A stretch of 64,000 bases of DNA. Origin: Puccinia triticina (lineage: Eukaryota). Both the position numbers and the translations under genes were made by a program. The DNA lies in contig CP110439.1 of assembly GCA_026914245.1 (NCBI GenBank), positions 3,410,001 to 3,474,000 on the forward strand, written 5' to 3'. Of the stretch, positions 1 through 13,908 are shown in pieces (positions within the stretch are counted from its first letter, which is position 1; every line of letters starts with the position of its first letter). The notes beneath the pieces were generated by a model that was given only the letters and a program-made list of their open reading frames with translations, had not been told where the DNA came from and did no database searches.

Positions 1-79
1 TTTCACAGTTATAACCTCAAAAGACCTCCCAAGCCAGTTTTTTACATCACAATTACTTCTGAGGAATTCCAGGGACTTA

Positions 80-982
80 GAGCATTTCCACCGCGGGCCC
101 TAAATCGGGGCCCTAGTTGGAAATTTCAGGAGTTTACCGCCTCAACCCGACCCACTGCGGGCGCTATTTGCGTCGGAAATTTACGGCCGTCCCTAAATAT
201 TGACCTTGAGTCCCTACGGGCCTACATGTAGGGACTCCAAGGGACTCACTAGGGACTCATCCATCCCCACCTCAACTCTCTTTCACACACCAAACTCCTT
301 GTGAAACTACAGCTCACACCCCCGAATGTACAATCCCTTCACATGATGGCCAAGTCAGGCCGGCCATCAAGAGGTACTCCCCTCAATGGCCCGTTTGTTC
401 CGGTCATCGAGAGGAGTACATTCTCCCCTCGATGGCCGGTTCCTTCCGGTCATCGAGAGGAGTACATACTCCCTTTGATGGCCGGTTCCTCCGGTCATCG
501 AGAGGAGTACATACTCCCCTTGATGTCCGGTTCCTTTTGGTCATCAAGAGGATACTCCCCATGATGACCGGAACAAACTGGTCTGTTCTGATCATCGAGG
601 GGAGTTGGCCGGTTTGTTCCAATTATCGAGGGGAGTATATACTCCCCACGATGACCGGAACAACCCGGATTGTTCCGACCTCATCAAGGGAGGTACATAT
701 TTACTCCCCTTGATGGCTGGTTCGTTCCAGTTATTGAGAGGGGTATATACTCCGCACGATGACCGGAACGACCCGCTTTGTTCCGATCATCAACAAGAGA
801 ACTCCCTTCGATAACCGGGTGGATTTGACGGGGGAGTGGACCGGGGGCGACGCATGCCTTTCATGACTTTTTACAGACTCTCGCGATGTATGCCGCAGCA
901 GTTTGGGGCGCTAAAACTGGCTGCGCACTGCCAGAGATCAAATTTTAGCGCCCCGAAAATACCGCCCGCGGTGGAAATGCTC
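80..982. mobile_element. Non-autonomous PIF/Harbinger (Tourist-like) element with internal palindromic ~39-bp repeat array
   Basis: 18-bp TIR GAGCATTTCCACCGCGGG / CCCGCGGTGGAAATGCTC; TTA TSD at 77-79 and 983-985; internal TCGATGACCGG..CCGGTCATCGAG units ~340-820. Confidence 0.88.
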
Positions 983-1096
983 TTACACTAGGAGAGCCCG
1001 CAGAGGAGCCAACACCCTGGTCAATCACACGCGCCAAAGGGAGCAAAAACCAAATCTGGTCACTTACCATCGAGCTGGCAAGACATCTAACACGGC

Positions 1097-4000
1097 ATGG
1101 CGGGCACTGAAGACAATGAAGGACTACTAGGCTTCCAAGAATCCATCCTGAAAGAGCTGAACGAGAAGGATGGCCTGCTGATCCTTGCTCGTGGACTGGG
1201 TCTCCGGACGATCGTCTCGAGTTTCTTGAAAACCCATTGTGCTCGTTCTCATAGTCATAATCGTCCCTCTCTGGTCTTTGTCATCAATGCTACTGCCGAC
1301 GATGAGACCGGTATCAATGATCATCTCGGGATGCGCATGGCTTGTATAGGACACGAAATTGCTGCTTTGGAACGGTATGTACTTATCCTTCCTTATTACT
1401 TATCTTTTTCTCTCTGACTCGATTTCTCTCTGTTTTTTGTTTGGCGTCTTTAGAGAACGGATCTTTAAACTGGGTGGCGTCCTCTCTATCACTTCAAGAA
1501 TTTTGATCGTCGATATGCTCAACTCCAAAGTCGACATCTCTCAAATTACTGGAGTTGTCATCCTTCATGCTGAGCAGTAAGTCTTTCTTCGATTCCCCTT
1601 TTTTAAATATTTTTTGCAAGGTTCCTTTTCTTTGCAGATTCACTTATTCCTTTTTTTTGATAACAAAAAGGGTTTCGACGACTTCGATCGAAGCTTTCAT
1701 TCTTCGCGTCTTTCGAAAATCTAACACTGTCCGTATTCTGGTCCCCTTTTTTCTGTCCCTTCTTATTACCGTACGACGAAAAGCAAATGCATTCCCTATG
1801 TTGAAGGAACACTTCTCATTTTATTGACTTTGTTATTGAATTCCATTTTTTGTCAAAGAAAGGATTCATCAAAGCGTTCTCAGAAGAGCCCGAACATTTT
1901 ACTTTTGGATTTTCACCACTGCAGACCGTTTTGAGTCAACTGAAGCTTCGGAACGTTTTCCTATGGCCAAGGTGAGCAAAACCATGGTAATTCCCCCACC
2001 CCACGCGTACCCATACACACACCAACGCAACAAAAAATTGATGCATCTAAATGTGTATATTGGAAATAGGTTTCGAGTGGAAATCAAAGAAAACTTTGAA
2101 GCCATGAAACCGCAGGTGATCGAATTACACCAACCAATGAGTCCATCAATGATCGAGATTCAAACGGCTATTATCGAGTGCATGGATGCGACTCTAGCGG
2201 AGATTAGAAGAGGCAATACAAATGTATGTACTCACTGAGGCGGGTTTCGGCTTCCGCGGAGAATTCGAGACTAATTTCAGACAGCTGCACTCGTCGCTCC
2301 TGTCAGTTGGAAGTCGACGATCTCACTATTGACAATGCTCTTCATCGGTCCTTCGATCAAATCATCCGCAACCAATTGAACCCTATCTGGCATCGGGTTA
2401 GTTTCAAGACAAAACAACTGGTATCGGATTTAAAAACGCTTCGACAGCTGTTATCGTCAGTCAAACAGCCCACTTGGAGATGTCACCATGACACACAAAT
2501 GTTTGAGGAAGAAATCCACTGATCTAAAACTTGCTTGTTTTCAGTTATCTACTTGCTTTCGATTGTATAACTTTTTACCGGTTTCTAGAAACAATCCTGG
2601 TTGCTAATTCTCCAAAGGAAACAGCAGCTGGTCCACCACAAAACGAAAGCCCGTGGCTCTTTACTAGCGCTGCAGACACGATTTTTTCGGTAGCCAAGAA
2701 CAGGGTCTACCTCAAGACCCAGGATCCCCAGAAGCAGGCCGCGGGGACAGACTCAAATGAGATATCACTCTTGGCCGATGGACCAACTGCGGAGGAAGAG
2801 GAGGCTATGAGAGAAATCGAAGAGATTCCTTACCACGCTGCCGAGAGGGCTGGTAAGAATGTTCCGGACTCCAAGTTTGCTTCGGAGACTTGGGGCTGGT
2901 TACCACAAGGCATTGAGCCTGTCCTGGAAAATCAGCCCAAGTGGCAGCTATTGAAAGACGTACTCAAAGAAATTGAAGAAAACTTGTACCAGGCGGCCGA
3001 AGATGGAATAGGTACAGAGATCTCATGCGATTTTCTTCGAGAACCGGATCAATCAGATCACCGCTAACTTCAGATTGGTGGTTTTGTTCTTGTAGTCGCC
3101 TCAGATGAGTCGAATGCAGTCTTGATAATGTGCTCTTCGGCATCAACTTGTTCGGTCCTTAAAGAATATCTTGCCACTCAACATACTCCATCAGATCCTA
3201 AATACGGAACTCGACCGATGATGAAGCGGAGACTGGGGGATTATTTTTTTTGGAAGAGGACGGTCGGCCAGATGTCTCGCAATCTCCAGCAGGGCTCATC
3301 GGGCCCGAGTTCGAAATCGACTGCTGCTGATGATCAAACATTGAATGCTGCACTGAAGCGAAAGACCGAGTACCAACGAAAGGCCTCGTATCTGAACAAG
3401 AGACGGAGAGTCAGAGGAGCCTCCAATGCCGCCAACTCGGGTAATTCGAGAGATAATCCTGTGGATCTGAGCAAACCTAACGACCCAGAAACTGTCGAGA
3501 AAGAGGCAATCGAGGTGGCAGATCTGTAAGTATGATTGAATTCTCTCGAGTCAGAGGCATACTGGAAAGTTTATCAACTGAAATCATGGGATGAAGTTTA
3601 GGTTCGATTCGATGACGAGTGCAACCACTTTCCAAAACGAGTCAACTGTAACAGACGAAGTGACCGAAGTTTTAACAACAGACGACTTCGACGCCGCGGA
3701 TTTCGTGGCCCATTTTGACATGTTATCGATGAATGATTTGGTCGTCATCCAAGTCTATCTGGGTGATGAAGACGATAGCGTCTTGGAGGAGCTCAGACCT
3801 CGTCACGTGATTATGTATGAACCCGATGTTGGTTTTATCAGACGAGTTGAAGTAAGTTCTTTCGTATCCCCTTTTTCTCGAAATTCAAATCGCAGCCCAT
3901 ACTAAAAGCGCGCCTGAGCGTCTCTTCGAGAGTAGTGTTTCCGCCTTAGACATCCCGAATTGAATGTCAAACCTTACTTCCTAATGTACAGCGAATCAGT

Positions 4001-5403
4001 CGAAGAACAAAGATATCTTTCGAATATCCGACGAGAGAAAGAATCCTTTGAGCGACTGATTAGAGAGAATTCAGTCAGTGACTTTCTAGTTTGCATATGA
4101 CAAAGCGAAAAAGAGAATTGATCTTTGTACTACTAATCATGAAACCAGACGATGGTTATTCCTATTGAAGCTGAAGCAAGACCCGGAGATCTTAGTCAAG
4201 AAGAATTAGTTCAAGCGATTTCCTCGAGGCAAGCCGGAGGCAAGGCGCTCAAAGTTGGAATGCCAAAGGTCAATTTCAATTCTTTTTTTTCTTCTCATTG
4301 AAAAATAAACCTCATCAGTTTGAATTCCTCTAACCGTGCCAAGATCAAAGCCGATTCTTGTGATTGAAACATCCGCTCTATTCTGATCATTTATGTATAG
4401 GTTATTGTGGACGTTCGTGAATTTCGGTCGTCTTTACCCTCGTTATTGCATGCGGCAAATTTCATGATTGAGCCGACTACACTCTTGATTGGTGATTACA
4501 TATTGTCACCTGAGATGTGTGTTGAAAGAAAAAGCATTGCCGATTTGATTCAGAGTTTCAACTCTGGAAGATTGTAAGTTACTTTCCTCTCAATCCTCGA
4601 CTTGAACTAGTCTCAGTTAGCAACCTTCTTTTGTGATAAATGTTTCATCCTATCTTCAGGTATCAACAATGTGAAATGATGTCAGCTCATTATAAAATAC
4701 CGATTTTGTTAATCGAATTCGATGAAAAGAAGTCCTTCACGCTCGAGGTTTGCGGCTCTCGTTTATAATATTCTGGTATTCGAAAAATATATATACTGAA
4801 ATATAGAATTTATGATATCGATTGTAGACTTACAAGGAAACTAGAGGAAACAAGACGAATACGAACACGGCAGCGCCATCAGATTCAGATTTACAGGCCA
4901 AACTCGTCTTGCTAACCTTGACGTTTAAGAAGTTGAGATTGATTTGGTCGTCATCGCCATCCGCAACAGCCGATATCTTCAGAGACTTGAAGCTAACTCA
5001 TCCGGAACCGGATGCCGAGACGGCTAGTCTGATTGGAATGGATGACATCTCCGTGGGCGAAAAGGGGAAACTAGATTTGATGGCGATCAACAGAAACCAG
5101 CAGAATCAGAACTTCGGGATCTGTAGTTCTGCCCATGAGGTTTTGAAGGTTTTACCCGGAATGGATGAGCTTAAAGCCAGGAAACTGATCTATGGCATCG
5201 TCAATACTACTAGCATTGACACAACTGCATCAACATCGTCAAGCACTTCGATCGATGCTGCTTCCGCTTCTTCCTCGATCTTCCAAGTGAAGAACTTGCA
5301 CGATTTGTGTCAGTTATCTGAGCGAGATCTCAAGAACTTGTTCGGTCCTCAATCAGGCTCTAGGTTGTTCCGTTTTATTCATGACGAAGTCGATCAACGA
5401 TAA
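1097..5403 (+). CDS. RAD1: DNA repair structure-specific endonuclease Rad1/XPF (ERCC4, S. pombe Rad16), ~14 exons
   Basis: N-term [57 protein letters not shown]; nuclease core [13 protein letters not shown] and [15 protein letters not shown] (4401-4560); C-terminal HhH-like VLKVLPGM...[13 protein letters not shown]; 13 GT..AG introns join the ORF pieces; stop TAA 5401-5403. Confidence 0.95.
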
Positions 5404-6101
5404 ATCATTCATAGTCATCTATCTTCTCTTCACGCGTTGCAACTTTTGTTGACTCTTGTATTGAAAACCAATGAAGGTTATAAGGGCTTGGAAAACCAAC
5501 TCCAAAAATCATGGGACATCAGGGCTTGACAATCAAAGAATTGTCCTACACCACGGGCGCATAATTTTCAAAGTTCGTCGTCAAACCGCTCAAGGCAATA
5601 ATTTGCCATCGACTCGCCGCAGCTTCGGCAAAAAGCGATCCCAGTGAGGCAAGACTGCCAATCACCATCTCCCAACGGGGTAAGGCTAGCCTTCCACACA
5701 GCAGACCTCCTAGCCCCGTCGGGCAGGAGTTGCCATTGATAGGCCGGCAATCTCACCGGCTTACAATGGTGCTGCAAGACTGTGCTGGCCCACCGTCCAA
5801 AACAAAATGCCCTGTATTTGTCCTGGCAAGAATACTGCCCAGCCACGGGCATGGCTACCCGCCACGCAGTTATGTACAGTCACTGGACAGATACATTGGT
5901 ACCCCCAAAAACTCATTCTAGAAGGCCAACCCACAGACTTGAAGTCATGAGGATTTGGGAACAAGTGTGTAAAATGACTTCAGAAGAATGAACATAACAA
6001 AATAAAAAGTATTTGGAACATCACAAAACCTACAAAATTGCTGGCATTAAATGATGATTTTGGAAAATCTTCAATACCATTCCAAAAAAAATAACAAATT
6101 A

Positions 6102-6297
6102 AGGTGTTCAAAGTTGAAATCATAAAATTTTCATTACATAAAATCATAAAATCATAAAACTTTCAAATGATGATTTTATATGTACCATTTTAGAAATGTT
6201 GCTCTAATTTGAGTGTTTGGGTGTACATATTTTTTTCACCTCAGAATTTTATGATTTTATGGTGTTATGATTTTATGCAAGTCAACTTTGAACACCC
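6102..6297. mobile_element. ~200-bp MITE, TA-flanked (intact copy of the MITE split at 25163/34253)
   Basis: TIR (A/G)GGTGTTCAAAGTTGA / TCAACTTTGAACACCC; internal ATCATAAA / TTTATGAT repeats. Confidence 0.75.
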
Positions 6298-6315
6298 TAA
6301 ATATTTGGAATCAAT

Positions 6316-6518
6316 AGGGGGGTTCACAATAGGATAAAAATAAAATTTTAGAGTCAATTTTAAGGCCCTTATCAACAAATTTTTAAAAATCTGGCAAGAT
6401 GTGCAGGACTGGGTGTCCCCTGAGAATCAGAGCAACTTCTTCATTTTTTAAAAAATTGTTCATAAAGGCCTTAAAATTAGCTCTAAATTTTTATTTTTAT
6501 CCTATTGTGAACCCCCCT
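6316..6518. mobile_element. Foldback MITE
   Basis: Long TIR AGGGGGGTTCACAATAGGATAAAAATAAAA.. with inverted copy at the right end; flanks AAT/GAT. Confidence 0.75.
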
Positions 6519-6563
6519 GATAGATTGACATGTGAAATGAATGATAATAGATGAAAAAAAAAT

Positions 6564-7962
6564 TGGGTTTACTTTGCGCACGGAGGGAAACTTGTTGCGC
6601 ACGGGAATTTCCGTTGACTTGATGTCACATGACGTCGGGCCCCCCTCCGTGCGCGCCACCAGCTCCCCTCAAAAAACTATCCGCACACGGGGGTGCCGTG
6701 CGGTGACAGGTGGCTGGGTTGAGACACTCCGGCCATCCGGAGGAAACAATCCCCTCAATGACCGGCACAGACCGGTCATCGAGAGACTACATCCCTCTCA
6801 ATGACCGGAATAGACCAGTCATTGTGAGGTTACATCCCTCCCGATGACAGGCACAGACCGGTCATCAAGAGGGTATATCACATCTCTCTTGATAACCGGC
6901 ATTCCGGTCATCGAGAGGACACATCCCTCTCAATGAATGCTACAGACCGGTCATTGGGAGGCTACAGATGACCGGCATAGACTGGTCATCAAGAGGCTAC
7001 ATCCCTCTCGATGACCAGAATAGACCGGTCATCAGGAGGTTACATCCCTCCCAATGACCGGAGTAGAGCGGTCACCGAGAGGATACATCTCTCTCAATGA
7101 CCGGCATTCCGGTCATCAAGAGAGCACATCTCTCTCAATGACCGGCATTCCGGTCATCGAGAGAACACATCTCTCTCAATGACCGGCATTCTGGTCATCA
7201 AGAGAACACATCCATCCCTCTCAATGAACGGTACAGACCGGTCATTGAGGGGGATGTGTCCTCTCAATGACCGGTCTATTCCGGTCATCAAGAGGGATGT
7301 GACCTCTTGATGACCGGTCTATCCCGTTCATCAAAGGGGATGTGTCCTCTTGATGACCGGTCTATTCCGGTCATCCATTGGGAGGGATGTAACCTCCCGA
7401 TGACCGGTCTATTCCAGTCATTGAGAGGGATGTAGCCTCCCAATGACCGGTCTATTCCGGTCATTGAGAGGATTGTAGCCTCCTGATGACCGGTCTATTC
7501 CGGTCATTGAGAGGGATGTAGCCTCCCAATGACCGGTCTATTCCGGTCATTGAGAGGGATGTAGCCTCCCGATGACCGGTCTGTACCGGTCATTGAGAGG
7601 GATGTAGCCTCCCGATGACCGGTCTGTACCGGTCATTGAGAGGGATGTAGCCTCCCGATGACCGGTCTGTACTGATCATCGAGGGGGATGTGTCCTCTCG
7701 ATGACCGGAATGCCAGTCATCAAGAGAGATGTGATATACCCTCTCAATGACCGGTCTGTGCCGGTCATTGAGAGGATTGTTTCCTCCGGATGGCCGGAGT
7801 GCTTCACCCCGGCCACCTGTAACCGCACGGCACCCTCGTGTGCGGATAGTTTTTTGAGGGGAGCTGGTGGCGCGTACAAAGGGGGGCCCAACGTCACGTG
7901 GCGTTGAGTCAACAGAAATTCCCGTGCGCAACGAGTTTCCCTCCGTGCGCAAAGTAAACCCG
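6564..7962. mobile_element. Non-autonomous TIR element (CGG-terminus family) filled with ~39-bp palindromic tandem repeats
   Basis: ~200-bp TIRs starting (C/T)GGGTTTACTTTGCGCACGGAGGGAAAC; AAAAAAT on both flanks; array of CTCAATGACCGG-n5-CCGGTCATTGAG 6730-7800. Confidence 0.85.
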
Positions 7963-8031
7963 AAAAAATCAAGTCCAAATTCATTAAATTCATTCTGAAA
8001 TTTTGTGGGCAGTGAAAAAACATCAAAAGTA

Positions 8032-9168
8032 CAGTGGGTCATCTAATGTTTTTGGCACTGCATTTTTAATTGCACAAGCTCAGGCAACAGAATTGAATTC
8101 ATGTAATTGGCTACAGGTGTGGAAAATAAGTTCCCCAAGAATGATTACAACAGAAAAAATATGAAAGTGAAAAATATGAAAAGTGTGAAAATTTTCCAAT
8201 TTTGTGCAAATTTCTCAGAATCTTTATTATTGCTCAAACCAAGGAGAGAAAATTACAGATCATAGTATGGCATGTGACAGGAATTATAGAAAATTATGGA
8301 CTTACTTTGCGCACTGCAAAAAACACTTCGCACACTGCACAGTGCGCGGATTCCCAAACACTTCGCGCACCGCGGGTAAAATACACAACTCTTTGAAGAT
8401 TTTTGTTGGCCAATCAATAGACAGGCTTCCCATTGGCCTCTCTGAATTTTTTGGGAGTTTTTCAAAGCATTCTTGCATGTTAAAAAAACATTAAAACCAA
8501 GAAGAAATGTAGGATTTGGGCGCCTAAAAAACAAGGTTCTCATAGCCCCAAAATTCCAAATGATTTATCGAGTAATGGAACATGTAAGAACACCTACTTC
8601 AGAAGTTTTTAGCCACTTTCTGCCAGGATACAATTCTGAAACATGAGGATAATTTGGATGCAATGTGCTAATATCTGGTGAAGTTTCTTATTTTTCAGAC
8701 CTGTATGCTTGAACAAAGTGGCTGAAAATTTTTGAAGTAGCTTTTCTTACATGTTTCATTACTCATTAATTTATTTGAAATTTTTGGGCTATGGGAACCT
8801 TGTTTTTTAGGCGCCCAAATCCTACATTTCTTCTGGTTTTTAATGATTTTTTTAAACATAGAAGAATGCTTCAAAAAAACCCCAAAAAATTTGGAGAGGC
8901 CAATGGGAATCCTGTCTATCGATTGGTCAAGAAAAGTTTTCAAAAATTTGCGTATTTTACCCCCAGTGCACAAAATGTTTGGGAATCCACCCACTGTGCA
9001 GTGCGCAAAGTGTTGTTTGCAGTGCGCAAAGTAAGTCCGTTATTTTTCATATTTGTGTTTTGAAGACTATTTTGAACCATCTCACCAATACTATAAGTGA
9101 CTTGAAGTTGGTTGGTTGAGTTTCTATGGTCCAAAAATGGTGTGGTGTTTACAATTGTCTACCCACTG
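8032..9168. mobile_element. Non-autonomous Tc1/mariner-type element (CAGTGGGT termini)
   Basis: TA|CAGTGGGT ... ACCCACTG|TA; left part homologous to 13909-14160; right part repeated at 63220-63328. Confidence 0.7.
8297..9039. mobile_element. Foldback element of the CGG-terminus family, nested in 8032-9168
   Basis: TIR (C/T)GGACTTACTTTGCGCACTGC / GCAGTGCGCAAAGTAAGTCCG; inverted similarity over ~300 bp. Confidence 0.8.
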
Positions 9169-11799
9169 TACATGTGGTATGTACTTGTGTTTGGCAAGGG
9201 GTTGGGAGGCTCGTCAATTTTTTCCTTACAGAAGCTCTGTAGCCATTGGTAAATCTAGCAAGCCTTAAAGATTTGCCAAATCCAAGTTTATTAAATCCAC
9301 AGAACCATGGAAGGCAAGATCATGGGTTTTGCCTATGTTCATTAGCAAAAGACATATTACAAGTTGAAAATAATCCCCAAATACCCCGGGGGCACCTTGG
9401 ATTGACCCTCCAGCTTGTGCTGCAGCAACAAGCAAAAGTGGGCCGGTCAAATTGGATTTCAAGGAGGGCCTAATCAATTGGTTAGGGCAGCTCCAGGGAG
9501 GGGCAGGACAAAACCGGATCCCCTGGGGAGAAACACACTCCCTCCCCCTCCCCTCTTAAATAGACGCCGGGTTGCCACCCAACTCTTGCCAGAAGTGTTG
9601 CAAACACCCCTAAATGCCCCCACCCAAGCCTTGCTGTCAACTACAATGGTCTTGCACGCAACCTATCCAGATCAAACTTGGCCATATTCGGACCCTTCCC
9701 CCTTGCCTTGTCTTCCTACATATTCCCCTGAATTGCACCCTATTGCGCCCTGACTGCGAACTTTTTTTTCATAGGTTGCAATAGTTGCAAAGACATCACA
9801 ACCCAGCTAGCCCTTTGCCTTGTTGTCATCTTCATCCTCTGCCCATCAGCCTCAACATCAGGTAAGACCAGCCCTAGGCCCCTCCCCTTTGCTTTGTTTT
9901 CACCTCTCAACACCCGGCAGTCCCACCTTACTCAAATCTGTTAAATATCTGTTTCCCATGTCACTACAGTTGCCTCACCCTGGCCCACACCCCCTCTTTG
10001 CCCGCGCTATCCTAGATCCTTGAACCTGCAAGCAGCCATGGCAAAACTACCTCCAACCGCTTGCAGCAACAATCCCTTGCGTCCAGTTGCTTCAGCATAC
10101 AACCACTTGCTGGGTTGTTATTATGTAGTGGTTGATGTCAAGCACGCGGAGATCCATTTCACAGTCAATGAATATCTGGACCATACCGTGTCAACCAAGC
10201 CGGTGATTTACACGTCTCCTAACGAAATCTATTTGACCCACACCTTAGTTATGCAGGACTTGGACCTTATCGTAAGTTTCTTCATGGCTTTTTTCGTTGA
10301 TCTCACTTGAAAGCTTCCAAAAGACATTCAACACTCTGTTTACCTGTTTTCAAGGTTCCGTTGCGTGATGATCCTCTCAAAGCTTTGCTGTTGGAATTTA
10401 ATCTTCATCACACGTTGTTTCTCTCGAATCTACCAGATCACATTGCCGCTTGAGAACAAGTTGAATGTCAAATTAGGTCAGGCCTCTTATATCGGAAAGC
10501 TTTCCAGACCTGAGAGAAGATTGGAGTCTGACTCGATGGGTGTTTTGATTGCTTGGTTTATCAGATCCAGAAGCGAATGTGAAATCCTTATGGTTAAGAA
10601 CAAAGCAATACGTTTCAGCTATGCCAAAGTTCCAACCAGGTGTGACGGACGCTCTAGTTATATGCCTTCTTGGCGCCGGTTGTGAAATTGGATGGACCCC
10701 TACATCTTCTGGAAGTCTTGAAGCACTATCCGAACATCAGAGCCCTCCTTGCCAAGTCTGACATTGCCCCGGCTACAAATTGTGAGATATCTAAGGTACT
10801 CCCCCTCACGCTCATCGAGAGGTGCGAGCTAATCAAAAAATCACTTCGCCCAAAACAGCTGCCTGAGTCAGTACATGCTCTCAACAGCCTACCGGCGAAC
10901 CACAAAACAACAGGGTCATCATTAGCAATCAATGTCCTTGTATCCAGGGACCCTCGCTGGATCCGGCGCACTCGCTGGACAAGATACTGTCCTCGCTGGA
11001 GGTCCTGCTAATCCATTCGCTGGCAATAGTATCTTTGGCGGCGCAGCAATGTCCCCAGCTGGCGCCAGTGTCGACGCACGAGCTGGTCGGCTCTCTGAGC
11101 GCCTACACGCCTGCGCTGACCATCGACATCATCCTGGTCCTCGAGGCGCCTCCCTGCAGCCGCATATGCTCCCCTGCCCTGGCTCGCCGCCGCCACTCAG
11201 CTCGCCCTGAGCCGCATCTGCACCATCGCCGCCCGGGCCGCCAACCCCGTACGCGTATCCCCCACCTTCGCCTGCTCGTCCTGCCCAAGCTTCGCCGCCA
11301 TCGCCATCCCCACCAGACAATGGCCGCACATTGACCCCACTGCTCTCAACCTACTCCTCGATCCCCATCCGCTCACCTTCTGCCTCCCAACACCCCTCAA
11401 GCCAAGCAAGAGCCATCCGAGTTGCAAAATGATAATTCAAGTGCCGCTCCTGTTGGTCCAACAAAGCACAAAAGCTATTGAAGTTAAAAAGAAACTGTGA
11501 TGATGACAGCAACCAAGGTGACTGCGTCTTTGAACCAATGTTTTTTCCCCATCACATCTCACCAGCTGTAAGCTGTGGTGTGCCTTCTCAGTCTGAATAG
11601 CACCAACATAAGACTAGAAAGGAAGCTTAAAGAGAATTTTATTGCTTAAGTAGCATGTTTTCTTATCATTAACCCTGCTACTATGAAAAGTTGGAGGACC
11701 CACTGAAAGTGGGACAAACATGGTGATAATCTAATTGTAGACCTGCTGGAGTCAAATTTTTCTAACATGCAGTACATGAAAATGTTGAGATAGACAAAG

Positions 11800-13016
11800 C
11801 ACTTCAAGGATAATTAAATTTCCCAAAAAAAATACTCAAAGTTTGAGGTTGGGAAAATCATTGAAAAAAAATCACTCCGTGCTGAAAAAAAATGCAAACT
11901 GAGCGTGCTAAGCCAAAAAAATAAAAATGTGCCAGACTGAGTAAAAAACAATGGGGCACATTTTTGGGGTGATTTTTTGGACGGGCCTGCACAAGGCCCA
12001 CATGGGCCCCTAACAGGCCCGTTGGGCCCATTGAAAAAGTAGTATTTGTTTGGAATTCCAATGCTCTGCTAAAATGTGAAATGGGCCAAACTGAATAAAA
12101 AACATGGGGGTACATTTTTGGGGAGATTTTTTGGACGGGCCTGAATGAGGCCCACATGGCCCCCACAAAGCCCACTGGGCCCATTGAAAGAGTAGCCTTG
12201 GTTAAGAAAGCATATGCTCAGCTAAGAAATAAAATGTGTCAGACTGAGTAAAAACCCTTAGGGCACATTGTTGGGGAGGCTTTTTGGACGGACCTGCATC
12301 AGGCCCGTATGGGCCAACAGGGTTCCAAGGAAAAGGAAAGGGCCTGGACATACATTCTGTGAGTGCACAAATGTCATACAGGGGTCAGAAGCCCTTCAAT
12401 ATCTTCTGTTGATTAGTGGTCAATTGGTGCTGTTCTAAAACATTGTATGGGCATTCTTAACCAAGACTACTTCTGGGTTGGCCGAACCAGCTTTAGGTGG
12501 GCCCTGACGGGCCTGATGCAGGTCTGTCAATAAGCCCTCCCCAAAAGTGTGGCCCCATGTTTTTTACTCAGGTTGACACATTTTTGCTTCTTAGCTGAGC
12601 ATAGGCATTCTTGACCAAGGCTACTCTTTCAATGGGCTCAGTGGGCTTTGTGAGGGCCATGTGGGCCTCATTCAGGCCCGTCCAAAAAATCTCCCCAAAA
12701 ATGTACCCCCATTTTTTTTATTCAGTTTGGCCCATTTCACATTTTAGCAGAGCATTGGAATTCCAAACAAATACTACTTTTTCAATGGGCCCAACGGGCC
12801 TGTTAGGGGCCCATGCGGGCCTTGTGCAGGCCCGTCCAACAAATCACCCCAAAAATGTGCCCCATTGTTTTTTACTCAGTCTGACACATTTTTATTTTTT
12901 TGGCTGAGCACGCTCAGTTTGCATTTTTTTTCAGTACGGAGTGATTTTTTTTCAATGATTTTCCCAACCTCAAACTTTGAGTATTTTTTTTGGGAAATTT
13001 AATTATCCTTGAAGTG
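11800..13016. mobile_element. Non-autonomous CMC/EnSpm (CACTA-like) foldback element
   Basis: CACTTCAAGGATAATTAAATTT.. / ..AAATTTAATTATCCTTGAAGTG; ~500-bp inverted arms; 3-bp TSD AAG (11797-11799, 13017-13019). Confidence 0.88.
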
Positions 13017-13312
13017 AAGGCTGTGTATTTCTCTTTTTGTCCTTTGTTGATACCATGGAATATTACCTTTTTTATGTCTAAAGTGTTTTGTTCAAATTTG
13101 GTGAGTTCTTGTGAGATTTGAAGTCTGGCTTCAATTCTAGAGGCTGGTGTCCTGGACAAAAGCAAGAGATCCTGGGGCTGAGTGTTGGGTTTGCAGAAGC
13201 AGGACCCAACAAGACATTAATGGGGGAAATTGTTTACAAAGAATTCATCAAGTTTGATCAATTTGTTATTGGGTCAAATTTTGCAGTGTGAATACATGCC
13301 AAAGCACTTATT

Positions 13313-13490
13313 AGGGGGTATCAAATATGACCAAATCCACCATTATGTAATTGACAGTTTTGGAAAACCCACCATTAATATAACATGCTGGTCCTTCAGC
13401 TACCCCATTTTGGGATGCACTGGTCAAGAATTTCATTTTTGCCTAATTAACTGGTTTCTAATTGTGGATTTCTTATATTTGATACCCCCT
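13313..13490. mobile_element. MITE with AGGGGGTATCAAATA TIRs and ATT TSD
   Basis: ATT|AGGGGGTATCAAATAT ... ATATTTGATACCCCCT|ATT; relatives at 37837-41293 and 45735-45893. Confidence 0.8.
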
Positions 13491-13908
13491 ATTCTGAAGC
13501 TTTTGCATTTACCAATAACATAAAAATTGGGAAATTTTTATCTCTGGGGTAAAATCTCAACAAAAATTCCATTTGACTGATGATTTCCCTGTGGAAAACA
13601 TCCATACATCAACTTTGCACACTCTTAAAAAGCATTCTACACTTTGCTGCATAGAAAATTGAATCAAATGCAAAGGTTATTTGTTGATTTCATATATACT
13701 TTTCCCCTTCTCACACCAAAGGGCAAGTCAAACTGAGCCACCAAATAATTTCTTAAAGGTTTATCTGCTTGCTATCTAAATCAAATTTTATCAGATCAAA
13801 TCCATAATACATAGTTTATTTTTTACCAATCACAAGTCTATGTTGGACTGGTCACAGTGAGAAAAATCAGGTCCAATCTTTTTAGCAATATATGCAAGTT
13901 TAGATGTA

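Noticed and set aside
6730..7800. CRISPR-like array of palindromic repeats (also 340-820, 17370-18020, 38400-39000)
   Set aside because: The intervening sequences are themselves repeated rather than unique spacers, there are no cas genes, the context is eukaryotic, and the arrays lie inside TEs.
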